A stretch of 64,000 nt of DNA from a virus, in the IMG/VR virus record IMGVR_UViG_3300035698_022838, positions 98,881 to 162,880 of that record. One strand, written 5' to 3'. This document shows, in pieces, positions 46,871-55,327 of this stretch. The notes below the pieces were generated by a model that saw nothing but the letters and a program-made list of their open reading frames with translations, was not told the DNA's origin and searched no databases. Numbering within the stretch: the stretch's first letter is position 1; each line of letters begins with the position of its first letter. The translations under genes were made by a program, and so were the position numbers.

Positions 46871-47143
46871 CTAGCTCTTAAAACTGAAGATTTCACTTTT
46901 ACCCGAATCTGCTAATGCCTTCTTATTTTCTTTTTCTATTGAATCATTAAGCTTATCAAGCCATATTTGGTATTCATAAAACGGTATAGATTCAAGCCAA
47001 CCTGGATCCATTTTATGTTCATTCCATAAACGAAATTTAATGTCGAAGAAGTTCTCCAAAGATATCTGTAATAACGAAAAGAGATCTGAACCTTCCGGGA
47101 AAATAGATTGGTGCAATGACCTCCCCAGCATTGCATACATCAC
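46871..47143 (-). CDS. Baseplate hub assembly protein (T4 gp51-like), start uncertain
   Basis: SLENFF..F.L..EHK....LESIPFYEYQI; overlaps the gp26-like ORF in the +1 frame. Confidence 0.65.
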   Translation of the reverse strand: MMYAMLGRSLHQSIFPEGSDLFSLLQISLENFFDIKFRLWNEHKMDPGWLESIPFYEYQIWLDKLNDSIEKENKKALADSGKSEIFSFKS

Positions 47144-48062
47144 ATTTTAATTTTAATTCTAATTTAGTTCCAATATTTATTAATTCAGATAACATGAAAT
47201 ATGCAGAAAATTCTTCCTTACTCCAATTCATGGAATCAATCATGGCTTCTCTTATTACATTATCATTAAGTTCTCTCCAATCATCAAAATAGAATGGCGC
47301 GATTTTTATAAACGCTTCATCTATCTCAATACCACGTTTAACTGAGTTTCTTACAAAATTAGAAATTGCTTTTGATACACCAATTGATGGTACGTGCATA
47401 GATATTGTCTTTCCTGTTTTAACTATTGGTAATATGAATTTCCTATCGATTGATGAATAGTATTGCATTAATTGTGGACTTACTTCATAGTTACTTAATA
47501 CACCAGTTCTTAACTCAATAGCCTCTATTCCTTCACACCCCTCAGTGCTACATCTTTTCTTTGGTCTAATTATTATTCTATTTTCACCCTTTATGAACGT
47601 AAGATCTCTTATTGCCATAACAATAAAAAATCTATCTTCTTTCTTTAGATCTAAATATGTTACTACACCTTGATTTCCAAATTTTACACGCGAGCACTCG
47701 TCAAGTACGTAATTAAGTTTTTCGTCAATGTCTAGCATATCGTCCTCATCGATCATAGAATATAATCTGATTTCTTTTACGTCCGCAGCTCTAATCGCTA
47801 TCTGTGTACCTTCTGGGTAATAATCACCCATCGACGGTATGATATTTAATGGTAGATTTTTCCACCCAAGTTCAAGTGATGGACTTGGTGGTGGCTGGGT
47901 TGGTGGTGTTGCTGTATCTGGGGGTTCAACAACAGGTATTCTTGGTGATACGTAAACATTAGTTTCTAATTCAGTAGTTACAGTATCTGTAGGAGAACTA
48001 TCATATTGATGTCCGCCTTTGATTTCTTTCTGTCTGAGAATTTCTTCAGGTGATAAATCCAT
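47037..48062 (-). CDS. Baseplate hub subunit (T4 gp26-like)
   Basis: IPSMG.YY, DRFFIVMAIR, two CxxC-like pairs; position after the tube genes. Confidence 0.65.
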   Translation of the reverse strand: MDLSPEEILRQKEIKGGHQYDSSPTDTVTTELETNVYVSPRIPVVEPPDTATPPTQPPPSPSLELGWKNLPLNIIPSMGDYYPEGTQIAIRAADVKEIRLYSMIDEDDMLDIDEKLNYVLDECSRVKFGNQGVVTYLDLKKEDRFFIVMAIRDLTFIKGENRIIIRPKKRCSTEGCEGIEAIELRTGVLSNYEVSPQLMQYYSSIDRKFILPIVKTGKTISMHVPSIGVSKAISNFVRNSVKRGIEIDEAFIKIAPFYFDDWRELNDNVIREAMIDSMNWSKEEFSAYFMLSELINIGTKLELKLKCDVCNAGEVIAPIYFPGRFRSLFVITDIFGELLRH

Positions 48063-48148
48063 AGTTAATTTTTACTTTATATAACACTTCCACCCAAAAT
48101 AGTGGAAAAGTAAAAATTATAGAATAAAATTGTTAATTAGTTCCTAGT

Positions 48149-48727
48149 TTATAGGAAAAGGTCATTCCAGTGATCTGACTTCCAAGTAGTGTCTATGATA
48201 TAAAGTACATCACCAGTATCATAACTTAGATTCATAGCAGTAATTGGTTCTATAGGAAAACAATTATTTAGATTAATTCTTCTAAATACATCACCTTCTT
48301 TATTGAATATCGATACTACCATATTTCCAACATAGTCTCTTTTCAAACCCATAGCCCCAGTTAATGGATTATAAATTAGATCTGACCATTGTCTTAGTAT
48401 TTTATAAACTGACATTGAATTTTCTGAATTCAGATTTACTTCAAAACTCATATTAAACTGAACATCAGATGTTGATGGTTCACCACCAGCATATCTTCTC
48501 TCAGCAAACTTGTAGTATTGAGTTACTGGACCAGTTGGTTGTATATCAACTTGGAGCGCATTCATACTCTTAACTTGTTGAGTTAATATACTTTCTCCAT
48601 TAAAGTTTGTGTTACCAACGCTTACTGGAGCAGGCGGAGTAATAAGTACTTGAAACTGATTTAAGAAAATCGGTTCAAAGTTATTTCTTCCTGCCTTTGA
48701 ATTATTGAAATGTGATAGACCTGCCAT
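48149..48727 (-). CDS. gp19: Tail tube protein, copy 2 (gp19-like)
   Basis: EPIFLNQF, RRYAGG, RQWSDLIYNPLTG, DY. Confidence 0.85.
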   Translation of the reverse strand: MAGLSHFNNSKAGRNNFEPIFLNQFQVLITPPAPVSVGNTNFNGESILTQQVKSMNALQVDIQPTGPVTQYYKFAERRYAGGEPSTSDVQFNMSFEVNLNSENSMSVYKILRQWSDLIYNPLTGAMGLKRDYVGNMVVSIFNKEGDVFRRINLNNCFPIEPITAMNLSYDTGDVLYIIDTTWKSDHWNDLFL

Positions 48728-48743
48728 TTAGTTGTTCAATTTT

Positions 48744-49298
48744 TTATAGGAATAAATCATTCCAGTGATCTACTGCCCAGACCATATTAATTTCATATAG
48801 ATTAGTACCATTAACATACTCAAGTTCCATAGGATCAATAGCCTTTAGTGGAAAAACATCTTTACATGATATTCTTCTAAATACATCACCATTTTTATTG
48901 AATACTGATATGACTATACTTCCTGTGTAATCAGCTTTTATTCCTTGTGCACCTGTTAATGGATTATATATTAAATCTGTCCACTGTCTAAGTGTTTTGA
49001 ATACAAACATTGAATTTGAATCATCAAGGTTTACAGTAAACTTTACATCAAGATCTAGTGTAGTTGTATCAGGCTTACCACCTGCATAATTTCTCTTAGC
49101 AAACTTATACTTCTGTGCAACAAATCCTGGATTTTTGTCAACATCCAAGCCGCTAACTGATATAACTTGCTCCAATAATATTTCCCCTCCACCAACTGGA
49201 GCAGGAGGAATAACAACAACTTCGAACTGGTTTAAGAAAACCGGTTCGAATTTGTTTATTGAATTTATAGAATTTTGATAGTGTGCTAATCTCGCCAT
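48744..49298 (-). CDS. gp19: Tail tube protein, copy 1 (gp19-like)
   Basis: EPVFLNQF, RNYAGG, RQWTDLIYNPLTG; directly after the sheath. Confidence 0.85.
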   Translation of the reverse strand: MARLAHYQNSINSINKFEPVFLNQFEVVVIPPAPVGGGEILLEQVISVSGLDVDKNPGFVAQKYKFAKRNYAGGKPDTTTLDLDVKFTVNLDDSNSMFVFKTLRQWTDLIYNPLTGAQGIKADYTGSIVISVFNKNGDVFRRISCKDVFPLKAIDPMELEYVNGTNLYEINMVWAVDHWNDLFL

Positions 49299-49340
49299 TA
49301 ACTTTAGTTATTTTTTTATATTTATCTCAATCGACGAAAA

Positions 49341-52300
49341 TTATGCAAATTGGATAAATCCACCAGAAGCAATACCTCCTGTTCTCGTAACAGTAATTCT
49401 ATTAATGAATTTTTGGATACCTCTAACTGGCTCAACTATAATGTCTATAATACCCATATTTTGATCTATGATCGCTGGAGTATTGTTTGATGAATCCATA
49501 ACCACTTGGTAAGCATAAATACCACCACCGGCTTTTACTCCATCTAGATAATTATCGACTAGAGTTTTTATTTCTAATCTTATTGAGTCCTCGTTAAAAT
49601 CAAATAGATAATTCGACATTACTTCTTCAACATCAGTTTCTAAACTAATTAGAAGATCTCTAACGTGAATTAAATTGAATGCTGAATTTACAGTTTGATA
49701 TGCAGTTTGATTACCGAATATAGTTACACCCTTGCCTCTTTTCTTAATCAGAGGATTAAGTCCTACTGGCTCTAGCCATCCTCTATCCTCATCAGTGAAT
49801 TCATATTCTACACCGACTAAGTTATTACCTGATATTATTCCCCTCTTTTCACCAGCTACTAAACTATAAGGTTCTCCATTTGCAAATTTTCTTACAAAAT
49901 TATTTGAAATGTATGCTGCTGGTGGAACTTTAATGTTCCTGTTATTCTCTCTCATTACTAAATAAGGCATAAAATAAGCTGCATATTTAGATCCTTGATC
50001 TTCAGTAGGTAAACTAAACGTATAAGATGGGTTTAATGAAAGATTTCCACCCTCTGCAATATACTGTGCCTTTAATGGTGGATACGGATCAACCGATGTT
50101 GGTGCAGCGGTAAACCTAGGATCTGTTGAGTTTCTAAATTGTGTCATCGACGGAGCATTAATAAAAGCTAATGCTTTCTGTCTTAATTTAGCCAATCTAC
50201 TCAATTGATATTTAGAACCAGGCCCTATAACTCCACTGAATGTATCGACGATGTATCTATATGAAATAATATCTTTAGCTGCTAAAGTAGCAGATATATT
50301 AGTATCATACATAACATCTAAGATTTCTCCTATTCTATCATCAGTACCATTTGGTCTGTGTGCATCTGTCATTGTAAATCCAGCTAAATACGTAAAATCA
50401 AATGATGTTGTAAATTGAGGGATTGACTTAAACTTCTGTACAGTTAATGTTGTACCAGCATAATAATATACTGGTCTGGCAGTAGTAACCTGTACTACAT
50501 TAGCGGTTAATGTTTGTGCTACTGCAGTTACTGCAGTTAACCTCTTTTGTTGGTTTGCTCCTGTTGGTATACAAACATCTAAATCAGTAGAAACTAATAA
50601 ATCACCTACTGAAATCGCTGTAGTTGGTGATGATGTTATAGTGAAATTTGTAGGGTCTACTTTTGTTATAATATCAACGAATTCATTAATTGATCCAACA
50701 GAAGAAATTATATTTGTTTTACCATTAGCTACTGGGTTACCTATATTATCAGTAGTATATACACTTCCTATTGTAACTGATGGATAATCAGTTAATGCAC
50801 TAAACGGCATGCTTTCATTACTATACGCTCTTGCTCTAGTGATAGAATATTGATCTCTATCTATAGTATTTTCATAGGTGATATAATTTTCGCCATTAGC
50901 AGGATCTGATGCTAACCATAATTGATCCCCATCAGCTAATTCACCTTTTAAATTGTCATAATAAAATTGACTTTTTAATTGACCAACTAAAACATCAGCA
51001 GTTCCTCCAGTAATACCGGGAACGTTTGCTACTACATCAATATAATCTGCACTTGCGAATTGATAATAATTCTCAAATGCTAAACCAGTAGGACCAACAA
51101 TATCATATACAGGGGTAACTGATACTCCATCTGCCACATATGCGGCACCATCCAATGGATGGGTAAAAGTAACAATTAAATTACCACTTGATTGTATAAC
51201 TCCACTAACCTTAAGCTTAACTAAATCATTTTCTTCAAATTGATTTATAACGGACCCAGTAACACCAGTAAGACCTGTAACACGACCAACAATATATGGT
51301 TGATCTGTTGCGGTTGGGGTTAAAAACTCTAATAATTCAGTTTTTTCAGTTGAGGTTAAAGAATAACCCGTAACACCCGTATTAGTTTGTAAATAATGTA
51401 ACCCACCATAAGTTGCAGATGCATTATATGTTTCAAAAGACTGATATGGTACACCAGATGTTGGACCGGTAACACCAGGTATTCTATATACAGTACCAAC
51501 ATTAAATGAAGTTATATTAGGTGCGCCAGAAGAAGCTCCAGTTAAACCAAAAGTATTTTGTGTGTATAGATAATCAGCTAATAAATTTTGATCATAACTT
51601 AAGAAATTTAATCTCGTATCAGTCAAATCTCTATCAGCTGTCATTTCATCAATTAAATGGTGACCAACTAAGTCGATCTTAAATGTATTGTTGCAAAGGT
51701 TTTCCATCCCCTCTTCATCAACAGCACAAAATAGACCAGTTGATGGACTATTATTATTAATTAAGGTTTGGATATATTGGTTATTACCGTTTAGATCAAC
51801 AAAATTAGGAATTAAACATCCCGTTTGTTGTGTAATTATATTAACCTCTGGTTGTGATAAGAAATTAGTTATCTGATCCTTATCAAATCCATTATTAGTA
51901 AAATAGCTCGACCACTTTGGATCCAATGATAATGTTTCATAATCAGTCCAATCTCCAGAAACAGCAATTATGTCAATAAAATAATCAGAAATATAATCGT
52001 GTGGATGCATAAAACTAGGAACTTTATCCGCTCCATACCAATCTAAAGCAAAAACATCAAAACCTGCTAGAGGTGGTGTATTGTCAGTAGATTTTCTAAC
52101 GATAATACTCATCGCTTCTTTACCTAGATTTACAAGATTGAATAATCTTCCAGTATCAACAGTAGAAAGTGTTGCTAAGAAATAATCAGGATCTGCGAAC
52201 CAGAATCTTTCTTTGTTATAGAACGATGCATATAATTTAGACGTTAAAACGCCATTAGATTGTTCTGTGTCGATAGAATAACCGAAGTAATTAACTTTAT

Positions 52301-52622
52301 CTGCGGTTGTACTAGTCTCGTCATTATTAAGACTTAGCAAGTTTAATGCGAACACAGGGCCAGTATTAAGACATGCTAATATCGATCTATGGAAATAAGA
52401 ACCCTTAGCTTCTAAGGTCTTATCTATATCACCAAATACTGCTAATGCTGTAGTAACGTCCGGAACGTATACCGGTGCGTTAAAAGGACCTTTATTGGAG
52501 AATCCCACTACCAATCTGATCGTCTGGGAAGTTAATATTACATTTTCAGACGCATCAAATTCAAGCGTATATACACCAGAAGCTTTAAATTGTGATAAAT
52601 CAAGTTTGATTTTCTTTGCCAT
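49341..52622 (-). CDS. gp18: Contractile tail sheath (gp18-like) with large insertions
   Basis: SGVYTLE, KGPFNAP, VPPA, AGEKRG, LNPL, FGNQT, FDFN, NNTP.IID. Confidence 0.93.
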   Translation of the reverse strand: MAKKIKLDLSQFKASGVYTLEFDASENVILTSQTIRLVVGFSNKGPFNAPVYVPDVTTALAVFGDIDKTLEAKGSYFHRSILACLNTGPVFALNLLSLNNDETSTTADKVNYFGYSIDTEQSNGVLTSKLYASFYNKERFWFADPDYFLATLSTVDTGRLFNLVNLGKEAMSIIVRKSTDNTPPLAGFDVFALDWYGADKVPSFMHPHDYISDYFIDIIAVSGDWTDYETLSLDPKWSSYFTNNGFDKDQITNFLSQPEVNIITQQTGCLIPNFVDLNGNNQYIQTLINNNSPSTGLFCAVDEEGMENLCNNTFKIDLVGHHLIDEMTADRDLTDTRLNFLSYDQNLLADYLYTQNTFGLTGASSGAPNITSFNVGTVYRIPGVTGPTSGVPYQSFETYNASATYGGLHYLQTNTGVTGYSLTSTEKTELLEFLTPTATDQPYIVGRVTGLTGVTGSVINQFEENDLVKLKVSGVIQSSGNLIVTFTHPLDGAAYVADGVSVTPVYDIVGPTGLAFENYYQFASADYIDVVANVPGITGGTADVLVGQLKSQFYYDNLKGELADGDQLWLASDPANGENYITYENTIDRDQYSITRARAYSNESMPFSALTDYPSVTIGSVYTTDNIGNPVANGKTNIISSVGSINEFVDIITKVDPTNFTITSSPTTAISVGDLLVSTDLDVCIPTGANQQKRLTAVTAVAQTLTANVVQVTTARPVYYYAGTTLTVQKFKSIPQFTTSFDFTYLAGFTMTDAHRPNGTDDRIGEILDVMYDTNISATLAAKDIISYRYIVDTFSGVIGPGSKYQLSRLAKLRQKALAFINAPSMTQFRNSTDPRFTAAPTSVDPYPPLKAQYIAEGGNLSLNPSYTFSLPTEDQGSKYAAYFMPYLVMRENNRNIKVPPAAYISNNFVRKFANGEPYSLVAGEKRGIISGNNLVGVEYEFTDEDRGWLEPVGLNPLIKKRGKGVTIFGNQTAYQTVNSAFNLIHVRDLLISLETDVEEVMSNYLFDFNEDSIRLEIKTLVDNYLDGVKAGGGIYAYQVVMDSSNNTPAIIDQNMGIIDIIVEPVRGIQKFINRITVTRTGGIASGGFIQFA

Positions 52623-52731
52623 TATTATTCAAGAGATATTTTTGCTTACTATATATCCAAACTAGAACATATAATTATGTATGTTACACAGATTGGCTTA
52701 TGTATTTATATATCGTCAGGAATTCAATTAT

Positions 52732-54531
52732 TTATAGCAGTTTGCTGAAGTCTTTATAAAAACCACCTTCTTTAGAGATGCCATCAGCTTGTGCACCCTC
52801 ATTTAGCTTATCTTCGATGAGTGCTCGATAGTCCTCACTGAGATTATCATAGATATCACTTATTAAATCATAAAGATCTACTGATTCGAATAATGCGGAG
52901 GTATTTACAGCTGACATTGCAATATCGTCATGTCCACTTTGACTTGAATATGTACCCCTACCATTCATACCGAAGGAAAACATTTCAGGAACTGTATATT
53001 TCTTCTCGTTTAGAATTACTTTATTCGATCTGGTTTTAGATCTTAATATTTCACAATATCTTAATTTAATCTTATCGTTACCATATTTTATACCTGGTTT
53101 TTTATGTCTTGCAGCCTCTGTATGTTTTGTGTGTACAAATATTTCAGGCGGAATATCATCATTTAAAAGCATCTTATCATGGAGAAAATCACCTTTAAAG
53201 TTCATCTCCAATAAAATACGTATATTTTCAATATCAAAAATATCAATAACTAGCGTCTCCAATATTTTCTTGAAATCCTCAATTTCAATATCATTAGCTC
53301 TGAATAAACCAACTTGCAAAAGACCAAAGAAATCGGATTCATCAGTAAAGTCTGTCATCTCCTGAATTACCTTCTTTGGTAATGGAACAACTTTAAATAT
53401 ATTAATCACTGTATAGTCACCCTTTCCACCACCGGCAAGATCCACAGAAAGTACATATTTATTATTCAATAACGTATCTTCTTCGAGCCTAAATTTAGGA
53501 TGCCACTTTAAATGTTCATAAGATACGCCAAGATCCTCTAATACATCAATCTCGCGCCAAGTGTATTCAGACTCATTATTCTTCATTTTATTAAGTTCAT
53601 TCGAACCTATCAACAAAGTATCTGAACTTAGAAATTGATTACCATATTCCTGGTTGAATGCCTCCTCGCTGCCTAGTGTAGCAATTTCCTCAGCTTTCCA
53701 TGCTTCATCTCTACCTGGTACTTGCCACCAGTCAACCCGGATCGGGTTAAATCTGGTTAGACCTAGTAGTGCATCATTATAAATATCATAAAATTTATTC
53801 CTACCATTGGGGGTAGATGTAATAATTACTCTAGAAATCTTGGATGCTGATACTGTTGGATATGTTGATTTGAAAAAACTCTCCATGAAATTCTCATTAA
53901 TATGAGCAAATTCATCCATATACAAAAAGTGGATAGTAAAACCAATACCTGTTGTTTTCGTAGTCGTTTTTGCCTGTACTCTACAGCCATTATCAAATCT
54001 CATTGACATAACATTATTAACAATCATACCAGGTTTCAGAAAGAATGGTAAACCCTTAACCATAGATTTAATCTTATCTATTAATTCTTCAGCAGTATCA
54101 CCTATATTTGCAAGAATCATTGCATTTTTATCATGATTGAATAGAAGATACCAAAGTAAGATAATTGCTGAAGTAATAGATTTACCAACCTGTCTAGGTG
54201 CAACAAAAACATTAAATCTATGTTTTTGATATTCCTTAATAACAGATTCTTGATAGTCCCTAAGCGTGATGAACTCATAGCCATCATCGGTCATTACTTT
54301 ACAATATTTAGCAAAATAAATAACGTCACGACTACATTTCTCAATTTCAAGAATTTCATCTTGGGTATATTCCCAAAGTAGGTTTGGTTTTTTTAACTCG
54401 GGATCTCCGTCATGGAATGGATTTTCGACTTCTTTAAAGTCCAATCCTTCCTCTTCTATTTTTTGGAGTAATTCATTAACTCTTTCAGTAGTCCAATAAT
54501 TAGATCCTGATCCTGCTGCTTTCTTACCCAT
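52732..54531 (-). CDS. gp17: Terminase large subunit
   Basis: LRDYQ, PRQVGKS, YMDEFAH, STPNG, WWQVPGRD, FNQEY, VDLAGG..DY, HDD. Confidence 0.95.
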   Translation of the reverse strand: MGKKAAGSGSNYWTTERVNELLQKIEEEGLDFKEVENPFHDGDPELKKPNLLWEYTQDEILEIEKCSRDVIYFAKYCKVMTDDGYEFITLRDYQESVIKEYQKHRFNVFVAPRQVGKSITSAIILLWYLLFNHDKNAMILANIGDTAEELIDKIKSMVKGLPFFLKPGMIVNNVMSMRFDNGCRVQAKTTTKTTGIGFTIHFLYMDEFAHINENFMESFFKSTYPTVSASKISRVIITSTPNGRNKFYDIYNDALLGLTRFNPIRVDWWQVPGRDEAWKAEEIATLGSEEAFNQEYGNQFLSSDTLLIGSNELNKMKNNESEYTWREIDVLEDLGVSYEHLKWHPKFRLEEDTLLNNKYVLSVDLAGGGKGDYTVINIFKVVPLPKKVIQEMTDFTDESDFFGLLQVGLFRANDIEIEDFKKILETLVIDIFDIENIRILLEMNFKGDFLHDKMLLNDDIPPEIFVHTKHTEAARHKKPGIKYGNDKIKLRYCEILRSKTRSNKVILNEKKYTVPEMFSFGMNGRGTYSSQSGHDDIAMSAVNTSALFESVDLYDLISDIYDNLSEDYRALIEDKLNEGAQADGISKEGGFYKDFSKLL

Positions 54532-54542
54532 ATTATTTAATT

Positions 54543-55325
54543 CTATTTAAACAATTCATCATCAATCTCTAGGTTTTCCTCTGTAGTATGTACACTTCTA
54601 TCCAGATTCAATGCTGCTTTTTTCCTAGCATCAACTAATGAACTCTCATCAATATCTTCATCGTTAATTTCTTCTGCCTTAACATCTTGTATTTCAGAGC
54701 TTATTATATCTCTCAAACCCTCCATTAAACCTTTGGTTCCTCTGACTTTTATTCCTCCGCGATCACCAATAACCGGATTATATACATTTCCGCCACTACC
54801 GCTAGTTTCTAATTGTACTGAACCAGATTTGGCTTTATCTTCTAGGTAGGTTTGATTCTTTTTATAGCTTTCCTCCATTTTTTCCATGTACACCTGGTAG
54901 TCCTTGGGCATTTGCATAATCTGAGATTGTAATTGTGCTAATACCTCAAAATTTCTAACGTTTGTATCTCCCAAATCTATTTCCTCTTGTAGTTTTATAA
55001 TAGAATGCTGTGCGTTTTTTAATTGCAGCATCATAGAAGCAAGATGCATAGCATCTATTTTCTTTTTGTAACTAAAATATGTAGCATCATCAATTAAATT
55101 TTCATCAAGATAAAACTTAAGTACTGAGTCCATTAATTCATTAGCATCACTTCCCGTAGTCTGTGTAGCTTCCTTGAAATCCATTATATCTGTAGTTTTT
55201 ATTCTAGGTAAATCTAGAGTTCCAAGTCCTTTAAAATCTATTTCATCATCACTCAATATAGCATCAAGTGATTCTTTTATCTTTTCCTGTACTACCTTTT
55301 CTGGTTTTGGTTTTCTTCTTGGCAT
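54543..55325 (-). CDS. Putative terminase small subunit
   Basis: Immediately upstream of the large subunit; RNFEVLAQL and RGTKGLM resemble gp16-like motifs. Confidence 0.5.
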   Translation of the reverse strand: MPRRKPKPEKVVQEKIKESLDAILSDDEIDFKGLGTLDLPRIKTTDIMDFKEATQTTGSDANELMDSVLKFYLDENLIDDATYFSYKKKIDAMHLASMMLQLKNAQHSIIKLQEEIDLGDTNVRNFEVLAQLQSQIMQMPKDYQVYMEKMEESYKKNQTYLEDKAKSGSVQLETSGSGGNVYNPVIGDRGGIKVRGTKGLMEGLRDIISSEIQDVKAEEINDEDIDESSLVDARKKAALNLDRSVHTTEENLEIDDELFK

Positions 55326-55327
55326 AA

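Noticed and set aside
52732-54531. Intein or intron in terminase, ligase, portal or capsid genes
   Set aside because: ORFs are continuous and of ordinary size, with no intein splice or homing endonuclease motifs seen
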